A DNA stretch of 63,596 nucleotides, counting the filler, from Basidiobolus ranarum (taxonomy: Eukaryota): assembly GCA_040143965.1 (NCBI GenBank). It is 43 parts of 43 records of this genome, joined end to end, with 100 filler letters (N's around TTAATTAATTAA, not from the genome) between each part and the next. Parts side by side here need not be neighbours in the genome. Positions count along the whole stretch, not along the records: positions 11,889 to 13,273 come from JASJQH010005339.1; positions 13,374 to 14,757 come from JASJQH010005340.1; positions 14,858 to 16,241 come from JASJQH010005341.1; positions 16,342 to 17,725 come from JASJQH010005342.1; positions 17,826 to 19,209 come from JASJQH010005343.1; positions 19,310 to 20,692 come from JASJQH010005344.1; positions 20,793 to 22,175 come from JASJQH010005345.1; positions 22,276 to 23,658 come from JASJQH010005346.1; 35 more parts are not named here. The stretch is one strand, 5' to 3'. Shown piece by piece: positions 12,003 to 23,956 of the stretch. The notes beneath the pieces were generated by a model. The model had not been told where the DNA came from. It was given only the letters and a program-made list of their open reading frames with translations, and did not search any database. Made by a program: the position numbers and the translations under genes. Within the stretch, counting starts at the first letter, position 1; each line of letters opens with the position of its first letter.

Positions 12003-12618
12003 GATAATTGCACCAATATTACCATGCCTGCTATTCCACCATATAGGCATAGATTTTGCAGGAATGCATGAGGAATCCTCAAATGGCAAAGAATATATTA
12101 TAATCACATCAGCCTGTTCTTAAAATTTTGTCAGAGCCCAAGCAGTTGAAAAGAAGCACTAACAGATACATCTTGGAATACGTCATATGCTGTCCTGGAA
12201 GCTGACAAGTATGCCCTGAAGACAATGACTGGTTATTATTGAGTAAAATGCTCCAACATTGATGTTTGATATATCTTAGTAAGTCAAATGTCACAATATA
12301 TTGAGTTTCAGTTACAGACTACTTATAGTATAGTAGCTAGTGATCTGTTCACCAGAGAGAGAATTTCAGTAACTACTGGTCTTTCACCACTCTTCAAAAA
12401 AATAGTTCAAATCATAGTAACATTTCTTTACTGCATTACCATTCTTTTACTACTGTTTGTGAACACTTGCCTATTGGGTTGCAAGCCCCAATAACTACCA
12501 AAGATACACAAACATTGGTATAAGAAACTCCAGCCATCATGAAGGAGAGAATTTTGTGAACTGAAGCACTAGAATTCAGAGGATGGGCTCTTAAAAAGGA
12601 TCTTTGGACAGTTGTTAC
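12003..12618 (+). mobile_element. Degenerate retroviral-type integrase core fragment; preceded by an LTR-D end (11900-12002)
   Basis: PILPCLLFHHIGIDFAGMHEESSNGKEYIII resembles the rve N-terminal F..IGID..G...S..G..YII pattern. Confidence 0.6.
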
Positions 12619-13152
12619 TGTCATGATTCTGATCTTGGCATACTCATCCACTGCAAACAGGACCTTTCTATTATTAGATTATGACATCATATCTGCTGTG
12701 CCATCCCTTCTTGGCAATTTTTTGTTAGATCATCCAGTTTACCTTATATGGAAGTCATGTTCTTTGGAGCATTCCATGATCCTAAGCAATCATGTCATCC
12801 CACACATAGTGTATTTCTGCTAAGACCTTCCATGTAAGGTCATCTTATCATCCTTATGTCATCCCTCTTTGTATTGGTCCTTGTAGTCCCCAACACCCAA
12901 ACACTTGAACTTGCAAGATTATATTCCCTATTCAGTATATTATGTTTCACCTTGCAGTATCTATATATGGTCCATGCATTCCTTGATCAGATCTGAGTCT
13001 GATCAATGCCAGTTATCAGTAAAGATTCTTGCCAAAGTATCTTCCCTGTCCAGTCTTGTCTTGTCTTGTTGTGTGGTCTACACCCAAGTACTCCCCTGCC
13101 TTCTAGCCGTTTGTTGTTGTTTCCAGTCCTTGTCCAGTTCCTTATTGTGACA
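12619..13152 (+). repeat. LTR family B (TGTCA...TGACA, 534 bp), a 5' LTR with leader running to 13273. Copies at 26723-27107, 27108-27247, 47685-48205, 50088-50308 and 55158-55420.
   Basis: TG..CA inverted ends, identical boundaries in different flanks, and a TATA at 12962. Confidence 0.85.
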
Positions 13153-13154
13153 GT

Positions 13155-13165
13155 TTGATCAGACT
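13155..13165 (+). promoter_or_regulatory. Putative self-priming PBS TTGATCAGACT, complementary to 12996-13006 of its own LTR
   Basis: 11/11 reverse-complement match, 2 nt after the LTR end, with no TGG tRNA-type start. Same PBS at 48208-48218. Confidence 0.7.
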
Positions 13166-13373
13166 ACTCATACTTGCCAGTAGACTTCTCTCCATCCCTG
13201 TTCTCCAACCTTGAAGCCCCCCAAGGTTGGCTTCCCTCTTAGTCGCCATCTTGCCCAAGCTTCCCTGCTAAGGNNNNNNNNNNNNNNNNNNNNNNNNNNN
13301 NNNNNNNNNNNNNNNNNTTAATTAATTAANNNNNNNNNNNNNNNNNNNNNNNNNNNNNNNNNNNNNNNNNNNN

Positions 13374-14543
13374 GTGACCTCAGAACAAGACTGTAGGTCA
13401 TGGTATATTGATTCTGGAGCCCCTCAAGATTTCTCTAATCAAAAAAACTGGTTTAAGAGACTCAAAACTGACATAAACAAGAAGGTTTATATGGGAGATG
13501 ACTGGCCACTAGAAGCTCTGGGAGTGAGAGAAATTGAAGTCAATCTTGGGGGCAACTCTGGGCACATGTATTTGACACAGAAAAATTTGCTTTATGTGCC
13601 TGGGAGAGCAAAAAATTTGTTATCAGTGTGTAAAGCTTCATCTGAGGGATATAGCTATAATTTTGATCAAGATGGCTCTACAATCAGGGATCAAAAATGG
13701 AATTATGTAGCTTCTGGGGCTAAGCAAAGAAACTTGTATAAGCTTCATTATGTTAGGCCAATATATGAGCAAGTTAATAATGCCACAGCTGAAGAGATAG
13801 ACTGGAAAATCTGGCATAGAAGATTGGGTTATCTGGGAGCCGAAAATATGAAAAATTTAATCAAAAACAAGATGGTTTTGGGACTAAATTCTGTAATTCC
13901 ACCAGATCTGGAGCTATGTGAAGGTCACCTATATGGTAGGCAACACAGACAGCCATTTGTGGGCACTAGAATGAGCAAAATTGATCAAAATTTGGGCCTG
14001 ATAGACTTAGATCTGTGTGGCCCAATGCGGACAAAATTGATAGGTGGAAAAAGGTATTTTATGACCTTTATTGATGATAAGACAAAGTACACTTGGGTGT
14101 ACTTTCTAGCTAGTAAGCATGAAGACATTGATACCTTCAAGAAATTCAAAGCAATGGTGGAGACTGAAATAGGTCTAAAGATTAAGATTATCTCTACTGA
14201 TAAAGGAGGGGAATATACCTCAACATTCTTCTCCAACTTCTGCTCAACACATGGGATAAAGTAGCAGACTACAGTGCCATATTCTCCACAGCAAAATGGA
14301 GTATCAGAACTTGGACTTTGGTTCAGTTACCTGATGACCGATAATCAATTGGGTGCAAATCCATGTTAAAAGGTAAACAGCAAGCTGATGGATCTGTAGA
14401 AAGTTATAAAGCCACACTTGTGGCCAAAGGATACTCTCAAATGGAAGGAGTGGACTACAATGAAACATTTGCTCCTGTGGCAAAGTTTAATTCCATCAGA
14501 CTTATACTAGATGTGGCAGCAAAACACAGCTTAAAAATCCATC
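13374..14543 (+). mobile_element. Copia protease, GAG-pre-integrase and integrase, deleted and fused to the RT start
   Basis: WYIDSGA, WHRRLG, DLCGP, TFIDD, TDKGGEY and PQQNGVSE, then [15 protein letters not shown]. Confidence 0.95.
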
Positions 14544-14857
14544 CCCTAACAGAAATTTGAAGATTATTATTGTAGGAAAACCATCACAATTTTAATCCAT
14601 TTGCAATTGACTGTTTACTTACCATCATAAAATTGTCAAGTTAGATTTGATTTTAATCAATTTTTTCAGTTTCAGGAGTGAAATTTCAAGATCTCACAAA
14701 ATAGTTGTGCATGATTGGCTAAAATCTCAGAGAACTATGGATCAACACATGTGCAAANNNNNNNNNNNNNNNNNNNNNNNNNNNNNNNNNNNNNNNNNNN
14801 NTTAATTAATTAANNNNNNNNNNNNNNNNNNNNNNNNNNNNNNNNNNNNNNNNNNNN

Positions 14858-15800
14858 CTAATGGCTGGTTATCTCCAATATAAACCTTCTTGTTAATGTC
14901 AATTTTGAGCTTCTTAAACTAGTTTTTTTGTTCAGAGAAATGTTGAGGGGCTCCAGAATCAATATACCAAGACCTACAGTCTTGTTCAGAGGTCACTGAT
15001 AGGGCAGAAATGAATAAAACTTCCTCTTTGGTTGAAACCTGATTTGCTTGTTCTGACTTCTCATTTTTGTTGTAATTTCTTGATTTGTAATCTTTTAACT
15101 TGTGTCCTGGATTGTTACAACCATTACATAAACCTGGTTTCCTTCTTTTGTGACCTTTGTACTTGCCAAAGCTACATTTTCCAGCTGCAAAAAGACCTAC
15201 TTACTCAAATTCTTTTTCCAAATTCTTACTTTGAGGTGTTGATTCATTAACCTTGCCATCACAAACTGCAAAGACAACTTGTCAGATCTTGCTTCCAAAG
15301 CTGTGAACAAGTTTGAATACTGTTCTGGTAAACTGCTTATAAGAGTTATAATGACATCTTCTTCTTGTAAAGTTGCAACAATATTTTCTAGTCATTTACC
15401 ACAGAATTCACATTTGCAGCATGAGTAACCATGCTTTCAGACTTTTCCATCTTTATGTTGAAGAATTTTTGTCTGAGAAAGAATTTATTAGCCAGACTTT
15501 GCTTCATAACACTCTTACAATATAGTCCAAGCTTGATGGCAAGTCTTTGCATATTGAATGTTCACAAGTTGTGAATCCTTCAAACTTTAAAAAATGCCAT
15601 TAGAGGCCTTCTTCTCTCATTTCTTTTAAGCTTCCAATACACAAGGGTCAGAAGGTTCCTTTTCATCTCCAGAGACTACACCCCAAAGCTCCCGGTCTTC
15701 TAGCATGATTTGCATCTTGAACTTCCAGAAATTGTAATTTTCTCCAACAAGCTTTTCAACACTTGAGTTAATAAAAGTAGTAGTAGTGATTTCTGTCATG
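14858..15800 (-). mobile_element. Degenerate copia gag-protease
   Basis: MTEITTTTFINSSVEKLVGENYNFWKFKMQIMLEDRELWGVV...; a decayed CCHC knuckle; WYIDSGA. Confidence 0.9.
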
Positions 15801-15819
15801 CTGTAAAGGTTAGAATATG

Positions 15820-15831
15820 GGGCTCATAACC
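15820..15831 (-). promoter_or_regulatory. PBS GGTTATGAGCCC (half-tRNAiMet primer, Ty5/copia hemivirus type)
   Basis: Lies directly after the LTR and is complementary to the initiator-tRNA anticodon arm GGGCTCATAACC. A degenerate copy is at 32919-32930. Confidence 0.8.
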
Positions 15832-16210
15832 TACTGGGAAAATATGGGCAGTTTAGAGGAACTTTAGAAAAGTGAGGTTGTGAAAGGCTTTTGTGAGATA
15901 ATTATTTATTATCATGATATGAAGCATTTATACATTTTTGTAGATATGCAGAAAACCAACACTGGGGTTGTGTACAGAACATCTGTGGGAGTAACATGTG
16001 CTATCTTTGGGGCAATTTGGACAAGTTTGAAGTTTACAATATGGAATTGCTAATTTTTACATTATTCCCATACATATATAATATGTGTTCCAGTTTGTAG
16101 TTAAGTGATATTTGGCTAAGTAATGTTAACTTACTTATATGGGATATTTGAAATAATTAGGTGTATAAAGAGAGAGATAACAAATGTGATAAAGACAATA
16201 AACTTCAACA
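15832..16210 (-). repeat. Copia LTR family A (~378 bp, TGTTGAAG...TTCCCARTA). Copies at 28259-28636 (+, after PPT), 30118-30494 (-, after PPT), 54842-55157 and 10219-10303.
   Basis: Shared boundaries, with a PBS on one side and the PPT AGTTGAGTGGGAG on the other. Confidence 0.9.
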
Positions 16211-17123
16211 TTGGCAATATTGGGAGTTGTTTGTGTATATTNNNNNNNNNNNNNNNNNNNNNNNNNNNNNNNNNNNNNNNNNNNNTTAATTAATTAANNN
16301 NNNNNNNNNNNNNNNNNNNNNNNNNNNNNNNNNNNNNNNNNTTTCTCGATTTCTTTCCTTAACATCATCCTTTAGCAATCGCACTCATCCCATGCTCCTT
16401 CACTATTGTTCCAAAAATTCACTTTCCCCATAACATTATTTCACTAATTTAGTCAATTAATGCAGCAATACCACGGAAATAAGACATGGGCAAATACCAC
16501 CATTTTGCCATTTCATTTTCATTCTACCATATAATTTCATTCGTACTTTTGAGTAGCCTTCTATTCTCTCATAAATCCAATAAACTATTCCAATTGAGAA
16601 CCCCCTATATTCTGCATACAAAACCACTGAATGCCTAATCTGGTGGCGAATATGACAACATTGATTATAATATGGATGGAAGATTGACCAACAATAAATG
16701 TAGATTTGGTTCGCTCTTTAATGGTATTCTTTTGCGAAGTTATCCATGTTACTACTATTCTATAACCAGCTAAATACGAAGAAAACAAAAAGGTATCAAG
16801 ATTGAGGTGTAACGAAGGAAGGATGTAATGAAATAAAGATTAGGAAGTTATGAGAGGAAAGAATCCAATCGATAATCCGAATAATGCTTTTACATTCAAT
16901 ATTCCGAAGTAAAGTAAAAGGAGATACAGTAGGAATTCATAAGTGTATTGCTTATTTAATGTAAACCGAATGTTAGTTGACTTTTTAATGGATATAGAGA
17001 AAAAAGAGAAAACCCTTTCGAAAATAAGAATAATAAAAAGGTGGGATTTGTTAAACTGGGATTTTTGAACATGAAAAGAAAGGGTGTTGGAAGAATATAT
17101 GCCAGGTAGCGTTTTTCAAATAT

Positions 17124-17725
17124 TTATACACGGTTATTGGCGGCGTTGTTGTTGTTGTTGTTATTGTCATTGTTCCAGAAAGTACCGTTTTCTACTCTAG
17201 CACCAACATTGCGATAATCATTGTGGTTGTAACCTCCACGTCCACCACGGAATCCACCGCCAGAACCACGTCCACGATGACCGCCACGTCCACGTCCTCT
17301 ATATCTACTGGAATCCACTGATGTTTGACCAAATGTCTCAAGATTCAATTGACGTTCATGACTTTGTCTTTCACGACGCTCATTGAAGGAGAATCTAGGA
17401 CTAGTATCAAAATGGGTATTAGTGTTAATCTTTGTAATAATACAAGAGTATTTCAATTGAACTCATACCGTCCATCATTTTGATCCATTCTTTCTTTGGC
17501 TTCACAAGATATATTGTCAAAGAATGAAGCAGATTTATTGTAGAATGTGGGATCTTCAGGTAGCTCTGGTGCTTCATCATCACCAATCTGCTTCGAAAGT
17601 TCAGCTTTGTCGAATTTAGCATTAGACGATTCAAAATCGAAATCCGATGAGGGAATTGGGACATTGTTCCTATCTCTTCCATTGTAGCGACGATTTCCAC
17701 GGCCTCTACCATGGTACACGGGATG
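17124..17725 (-). CDS. SCD6: Scd6/Lsm14 family P-body protein, 3' part (intron 17468-17401)
   Basis: FDF (DFDFESSNAKFDK), FFD (SFFDNISCE) and TFG (LNLETFG) boxes plus RGG repeats. The GT-AG intron joins two ORF-track frames. Confidence 0.92.
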
Positions 17726-17825
17726 NNNNNNNNNNNNNNNNNNNNNNNNNNNNNNNNNNNNNNNNNNNNTTAATTAATTAANNNNNNNNNNNNNNNNNNN
17801 NNNNNNNNNNNNNNNNNNNNNNNNN

Positions 17826-19209
17826 TTACATACCAGTGATTCCCCATCTTAAAGTTTTGCTGAAATCACCCAAGTACAGATCATTGATCCAATACCAAAG
17901 TACTCACCATAAAGCTGATGGTATTACCAATATACTGATGGATATCACTAACAGAATTAAAAAAGTCAAGATTTCTTTGAAAACATGTATGATCATGCAT
18001 TTGCATTGGCTCTGGATGGTTCATCACTAGTCATATATACCATTGGAAAGGCTTGCTAGCCAATAATTTTAATCAACTTAAATCTTCCACCTTCTGAATT
18101 GTATAATAGTCATAATATTTTGATACTATCCATTGTATCTGGACCTAATTCATCAGTGCTTATAGATAGCTTCTTGGAGCCTTTGATTGCAGAATCTGAA
18201 TGGTTATCCAATGGGGTTCAGGTTGGTGAATATTTTATTAGAGCTAATATCATTGTATGTATTGGTGACACTCCTGCCATCAGTAAACTTGGAGGTTTGT
18301 GCAGGCACAATGAGCTATCTTGCTGTAGATTTTGTCAAATCAATGGAGTTTACTCTATCAGGCATATGTATTACTACTATCCAAGTACAACACTTAACTT
18401 CATGATTTCACTATCAAGAGCCAGGTCAGACATCAACCTGATCACTGATATCAATTCACCAAACAGTTAGTCTAACATCAAACATGGTATTGGCCATAAA
18501 CCTAAGATTATATTGCTAAAGGGGATCAGCTGTGGCCAGAGCTTCCCAATAGGCACTATGCACTTACTATTCAACAACATTCTGATACTACTTACTCAGC
18601 TATATAGTGGAAAATCCAGTATCAATGAGCCTTTCAAGATAGGATCAAAGTTTGAATCAATTGGGAAAATGCTTGAAAATGTCAAGATACCATCATATTT
18701 TACCAAGGCTCCTATCAATATCCACTCATCTAGATGTTTGTTCAAATGCAAAGACTGGAAGTATTATATATGTATACATTCAAGTGGAATTTAGAAAATA
18801 TTTCTGCCTGCTAAGTATTAGCAGCATTGGGAATTGTTTGTCAATATTGTTAATATATTCTTAGAGCATCAACTCACATTGGCAGATCTCAGGCAGATAT
18901 AACAATGGTGCAAAAGATTTTGTAATTGGATATGAAAAACTTAATTACAGCTTTAAAGAAGATAGACTAAATCTATGCTGGTATTCAACACATTCCCTGC
19001 TACATCTTTCTCAATGCTTAGAGATTATAGGCCCTTGCTTTACATTCTGGGAGTTCTCAATGGAGGGCATCTGCAGTGAAATGATGCTCTGTGTGAAATT
19101 GTCAGTATTACCATATGCTAATCTGATTACCAATGTATCAGCTGAATCAGTGATGGATGCAGTGCATTGGTTAAGGAGACTCCAAAAGTATATTAACCTG
19201 CCAACAAAG
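17826..19209 (+). mobile_element. Degenerate CACTA/EnSpm transposase
   Basis: YIPVIPHLK, NLNLPPSE..NILILSIVSGP..DSFLEPL, GDTPA, CRFC, MHLLFNN, FKCKDW and HSLLH..GPCFTFWEFSME. Confidence 0.88.
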
Positions 19210-19309
19210 NNNNNNNNNNNNNNNNNNNNNNNNNNNNNNNNNNNNNNNNNNNNTTAATTAATTAANNNNNNNNNNNNNNNNNNNNNNNNNNNNNNNNNNN
19301 NNNNNNNNN

Positions 19310-19523
19310 TGAGTTCGAGAACTATCCTATTTTCAACATCGAGATTCCCAAGGGCGTCAGCAATGTTCCTAATGAAGTGTTGAACCCTTCAGCAGCCTGG
19401 AAGGGTACCAAGGAGTCATATGTGGCCACAGTCGAGAAGCTCGCTGGTCTCTTCAATGAGAACTTCCAATTGTATGCTGATCAAGCCACCGCTGAAATTG
19501 CCGCTGCTGGACCCAAATATTAA
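19310..19523 (+). CDS. PCK1: PEP carboxykinase (ATP), C-terminus
   Basis: EFENYPIFNIEIPKGVSNVPNEVLNP..KLAGLFNENFQLYADQATAEIAAAGPKY*. Not in the ORF track. Confidence 0.93.
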
Positions 19524-20408
19524 ATTGAAATTAGTGCAATGTTGAATGATGTTCTCTATTAATGGACATTTAAAACTGACATGTCCTTAAAATTTACCGA
19601 TCCGTTCCTATGTATAATACCCAATGACCTAAATTAAATAAATTGACGAATTTTTAGAATTTTAATTCGCTAGAACTGTGAGAAATTTGCAATACTCTGC
19701 CTATCAATATCTTTACAGTGTTCATCACGTATTTTGCGTATAATTCATCATCACGTTTTTCCTTCTTTATGGAATGGTACCCTGTTCTTGAACCTTAGTA
19801 TTGGTTAGTACATCCTTTGACTCCAAAGAATCCAGAAGTTGGTCAGTATATTCTGGATTTTGCCTAGGTCAAATGTGTAGCACTCAGGGAGTTGTGGCCT
19901 TGACACAAATATACTCTCCACGAATAGCGAATACAATGGCGATCTCAGAACAAATAATTATCTAAGATAGGGCGTGATGTTTTATGGAAGTTAACGGTGT
20001 TTGAGATGGAAGCAAATTGAGGCAGTAGTTCTACTGTTCTCCACAAATTATTGCGTAAATAGAAGGTAATACCAAATTCCATATTTAGTAACTACCAACA
20101 CTGAATTTACAAAGTTATCATTACCGTCTACATTCAATAATCGATGTATCAGATTTGATCCCCTCCCCCACCAAAGGGTGAAACACGGAAAATCTCGCAT
20201 TCGAGACGCTTGAAGTCATTGAAATCCTCTCACAATAACTAAGAGTAATATCCAATCATCTTCAATCCAATATTACTTCGACTGGTGGCACAGGTCTCAT
20301 TCTAACCCGAAAATGAACGAAGTGGCAAGTTTGGTGATGGTTTTCTCCCTATATAATGGAATCCAATCCCTCTTCAAAATAATCATCATTCCTTTTGGCA
20401 TATTAATC

Positions 20409-20692
20409 ATGCAATTCACACTTAACACCACCTCTGGCATCGAGGCCAATAAGCCAGTGCTTAGAAATCTTCCAGTAGCCAGTTTATATGAACATGCTTT
20501 GAAGTATGAGAAAGGAACTTACCTCAACTCTACCGGTGCTATCATCACCTCCTCTGGCAAGAAGACTGGAAGAAGCCCCAATGACAAACGTATTGTTGAA
20601 GAGAAGTCGACCAGTGGTGACATCTGGTGGGGTCCTGTAAACATTCCATTGGAAGACCGTGTCTTCAGCATCAACCATGAGAGAGCTGTCGA
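20409..20692 (+). CDS. PCK1: PEP carboxykinase (ATP), N-terminus of the next copy
   Basis: RNLPVASLYEHAL..TGA..SGKKTGRSPNDKRIV..IWWGPVN. ATG 20409 is preferred over 20313 because TATATAA lies at ~20350. Confidence 0.93.
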
Positions 20693-22275
20693 NNNNNNNN
20701 NNNNNNNNNNNNNNNNNNNNNNNNNNNNNNNNNNNNTTAATTAATTAANNNNNNNNNNNNNNNNNNNNNNNNNNNNNNNNNNNNNNNNNNNNAGCATAAT
20801 CAAATTTAGTAGCTGATAGATCGGGCAGTTGTTGCAACTTGGCAGGGAATTTTCGTTAGGATCTCCCTTACATATTCATTACTCATTGTGCGATCATTTC
20901 TTATAGTTAAGCTATGCCATTTGGATAACAAAAAAATCTAACAATCACCATTAAATATGATACTATTGTTTTCGCTTCAACATTGATCTTCTGATGACAC
21001 AAGGTGCCACGCGAGAGCCTAATCGCTCAACTCGTGAACACTACCGCATCAGGATTGAACATGGACTTGAAACGTCAGGAGACCAGAAGTGATTGTTAGA
21101 TACTCCAAAAACTCGATTTATTAGCGATGAATCACCTCACAAAGGCCACAACTCCGCTTTATGTGATATATAGTGCATAGGTGATGTAGGCTTATCGTCA
21201 TTTTCAACTTCTAGTACATCTCAGAATAATGTTTATGCTGCTATAGATAATAAAGGAACTAGGTACTAACAAATCAAAACCTTCGAATTTGCGCAGGCTA
21301 TAAAAAGAAGACTACAATGAATATTATGCTTATATGGTAACCTCTTGGCTCATATTATTAATATCTGATAATCTAAACTACCCCGACTCTGATTCAAAAC
21401 AATGCTAATTATATAAGCGAGATGCAAATTCCAGGCAAAAATTATGTCATAGAAATGAATCCATATTAAGTATACACTATCTTGTATCATGAATACCACT
21501 TTTAACCTTACCCAGTATGAAATCATACTATGATTGGATAGCTACATAATCACTACACTTCTATCCATCAAAAGTTGGCAATATATATTTGATTTATGAG
21601 TCTGCAGTTGATATGGACTTAATGGCAGTCAAGTGCTACCATTCCAATTAATACTCCATATCAACTCATTAAGTTAGTGCTGATGCTGTTTCTTCCAGTC
21701 ATTTAAAGCATATTGCATTCATCTCAAGCTATAAAAATATGTAATTAACATGGATAACTATAGTTAGCATGTCTCGGTGTGCATACTACAAGTCTGAACA
21801 TGTATTTACATTATGGTGAGTAAGTTGTTACATATGAATACGAATATATGAATTCCAGCATTGTTAAGTAATGAAGATCAAACAGGAAATTCATAAGCAA
21901 AGTCGGTAAAAGTTTGGAAGTTTTATAACTAAATTCTATGATATTTGTCTCCATACTCATTAAAATCACATTTGACTCTACTGATAATCTATTAACTTTC
22001 ATAATACCATACACTACATCCAAATAGCCACCACATAAGAATTGCAACCTCTTCGAGCCGATTGCTGGAAACAAGATGTTACGGTTATCTGGTAGCAATA
22101 TCCTTATAGGCTGAATATCATCATGGGACAAAGGGTATTAGCTTAACCTAAATTTCGAGCGCAAATGACTCTTTTNNNNNNNNNNNNNNNNNNNNNNNNN
22201 NNNNNNNNNNNNNNNNNNNTTAATTAATTAANNNNNNNNNNNNNNNNNNNNNNNNNNNNNNNNNNNNNNNNNNNN

Positions 22276-22395
22276 AACACATGAACCTGGTTGTGACATC
22301 ACTTGGGGTAAAGCCGAGATACACTCGGAAGCAGAGAGTCACTGGTTGAAATGACTGAGAAAGGCAGTGCTGAATGAGGAACTGATTCAGTGCTT
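22276..22395 (-). pseudogene. Degenerate duplicate fragment of the FNT transporter
   Basis: CFRVYLGFTPSDVTTRFMC aligns with CFGVYLGLTARDITGKFIC. The DNA resembles 23470-23590 but has a stop and a frameshift. Confidence 0.7.
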
Positions 22396-23258
22396 AGAAT
22401 TGCGGGGCAACCAATACCGCTAGAAAACCGCCGCTAAAAAACCTTGTGTAGATTGATCTATAATAAGGTAAGCAAGTATCTAGATTATTGGGGCTCCAAA
22501 CTGTATTGAAGTACATAACATCCAGCCGATGATGCCACTTAACAACTATGATCACGGCTGCTCCCAAATAGTAGCAAATCACTTGAGTCGTCGTCAACTA
22601 ACCCTAATCCTACAATTTACTAGTCCACTACTTGCGTGGTAGGCAAATCGATGATGGATCAGCTTATGATATGCCATCCGATATTTCACGATGGGAGGCT
22701 CTCGACCCACTGGAACAGTATAAATTATTCCAGGTTTGATCGAGTCGAAAGACAATTAATCTTAGAAGGCTAAGGCTTCAAAATGGAAAATTTATCCGCG
22801 ATTTACCATTGGCTACAAATTAACTCCATCAGCCTACAAAAATAGCTCACTCGCCAAATTGAGTAAGGGCAAATCCAAGTTAGTTATAGTAGCTTTAAAA
22901 TGGAAAGAATTTTGGGTAAAATGAGATAGAATTTGATGATCCCCAATATTTCGACATTCTTAAAACTCAATAACCTTTTGCGAACTCTTATCTCACAAGC
23001 CTGGATCGTTATCCCTGTACAAAATTCGCTATTTAATTATAGACAGTTAGTATCGTAGGTCAATAGCAGCGCAAGGGTGTCAGATCTACCGGTTAAGAAT
23101 AAATGATTTTGGGAGAAAAGTTAGGCATACTGAAATATGTCAACAAACTTGAGTGCCTAGTTAGATGTATTCTATCTAGTTTATTTAGGAATATTCAGTA
23201 ATAGAAATAATATATGTACAATTAATGTGCATCTCCAGCGAGGAAAGAAAAGTCTAAT

Positions 23259-23658
23259 TTAATGATGCTTCGGGTTAAGGAAGAACGCGTTGAGGCCAAC
23301 AAATGCGCCACCAACGATGTTACCTAGTATGACTGGAATCAGATTCTTGACGATGAAATCAGCCACAGTAACCTTGGCACCATACATCATTCCGATGGGG
23401 ATATAGAACATGTTGGCAATGGAGTGCTCAAAGCCACATACAGCGAATGCAAATACTGGCCACCAGAAACAGATGAACTTTCCTGTAATGTCTCGAGCAG
23501 TAAGGCCGAGATACACACCAAAGCAAACAAAGGCGTTGGCTGGAATTGCTTTAAGAAAGGCAACACCGAAGGAGTAGCTGATCTTGTGTTCAGCGTTGTG
23601 AACAATCCAAGTCAACCAAGGATCTTCCGCAAACTGATCAGTGAGATATGCAAAGAGG
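23259..23658 (-). CDS. Formate/nitrite transporter (FNT family), 3' part
   Basis: AIPANAFVC, GFEHSIANMFYIP, NLIPVILGNIVGG. Confidence 0.93.
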
Positions 23659-23956
23659 NNNNNNNNNNNNNNNNNNNNNNNNNNNNNNNNNNNNNNNNNN
23701 NNTTAATTAATTAANNNNNNNNNNNNNNNNNNNNNNNNNNNNNNNNNNNNNNNNNNNNTAAAGTTGATTTAGTGCACTTATTACTGCTGTTATACACCAG
23801 GCTTTGTGCAGCTGGTGGCTTTGTAAAGTGACCGTGCTTGTGATTATTTTTTCTATGAAGCCTCCAGCTTTCATAGCACAAGAATTTGTGACAATGATAG
23901 CAGGGCTTCTTTAACATTTGTGTTGTGGCATGAGAAGGATATTGTAGAGAAAAGAA

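Noticed and set aside
12905..13150. Recurrent ORF MNLPQYIPYSVYYVSPC... (also 26855, 47958, 55173) as a small protein family
   Set aside because: It starts at TTG, spans the TATA and R-U5 of LTR-B, and recurs only because the LTR is repeated.
20793..22175. Contig with a 106-aa minus-strand ORF
   Set aside because: Non-ATG start and no recognisable motif; treated as intergenic or unassignable.
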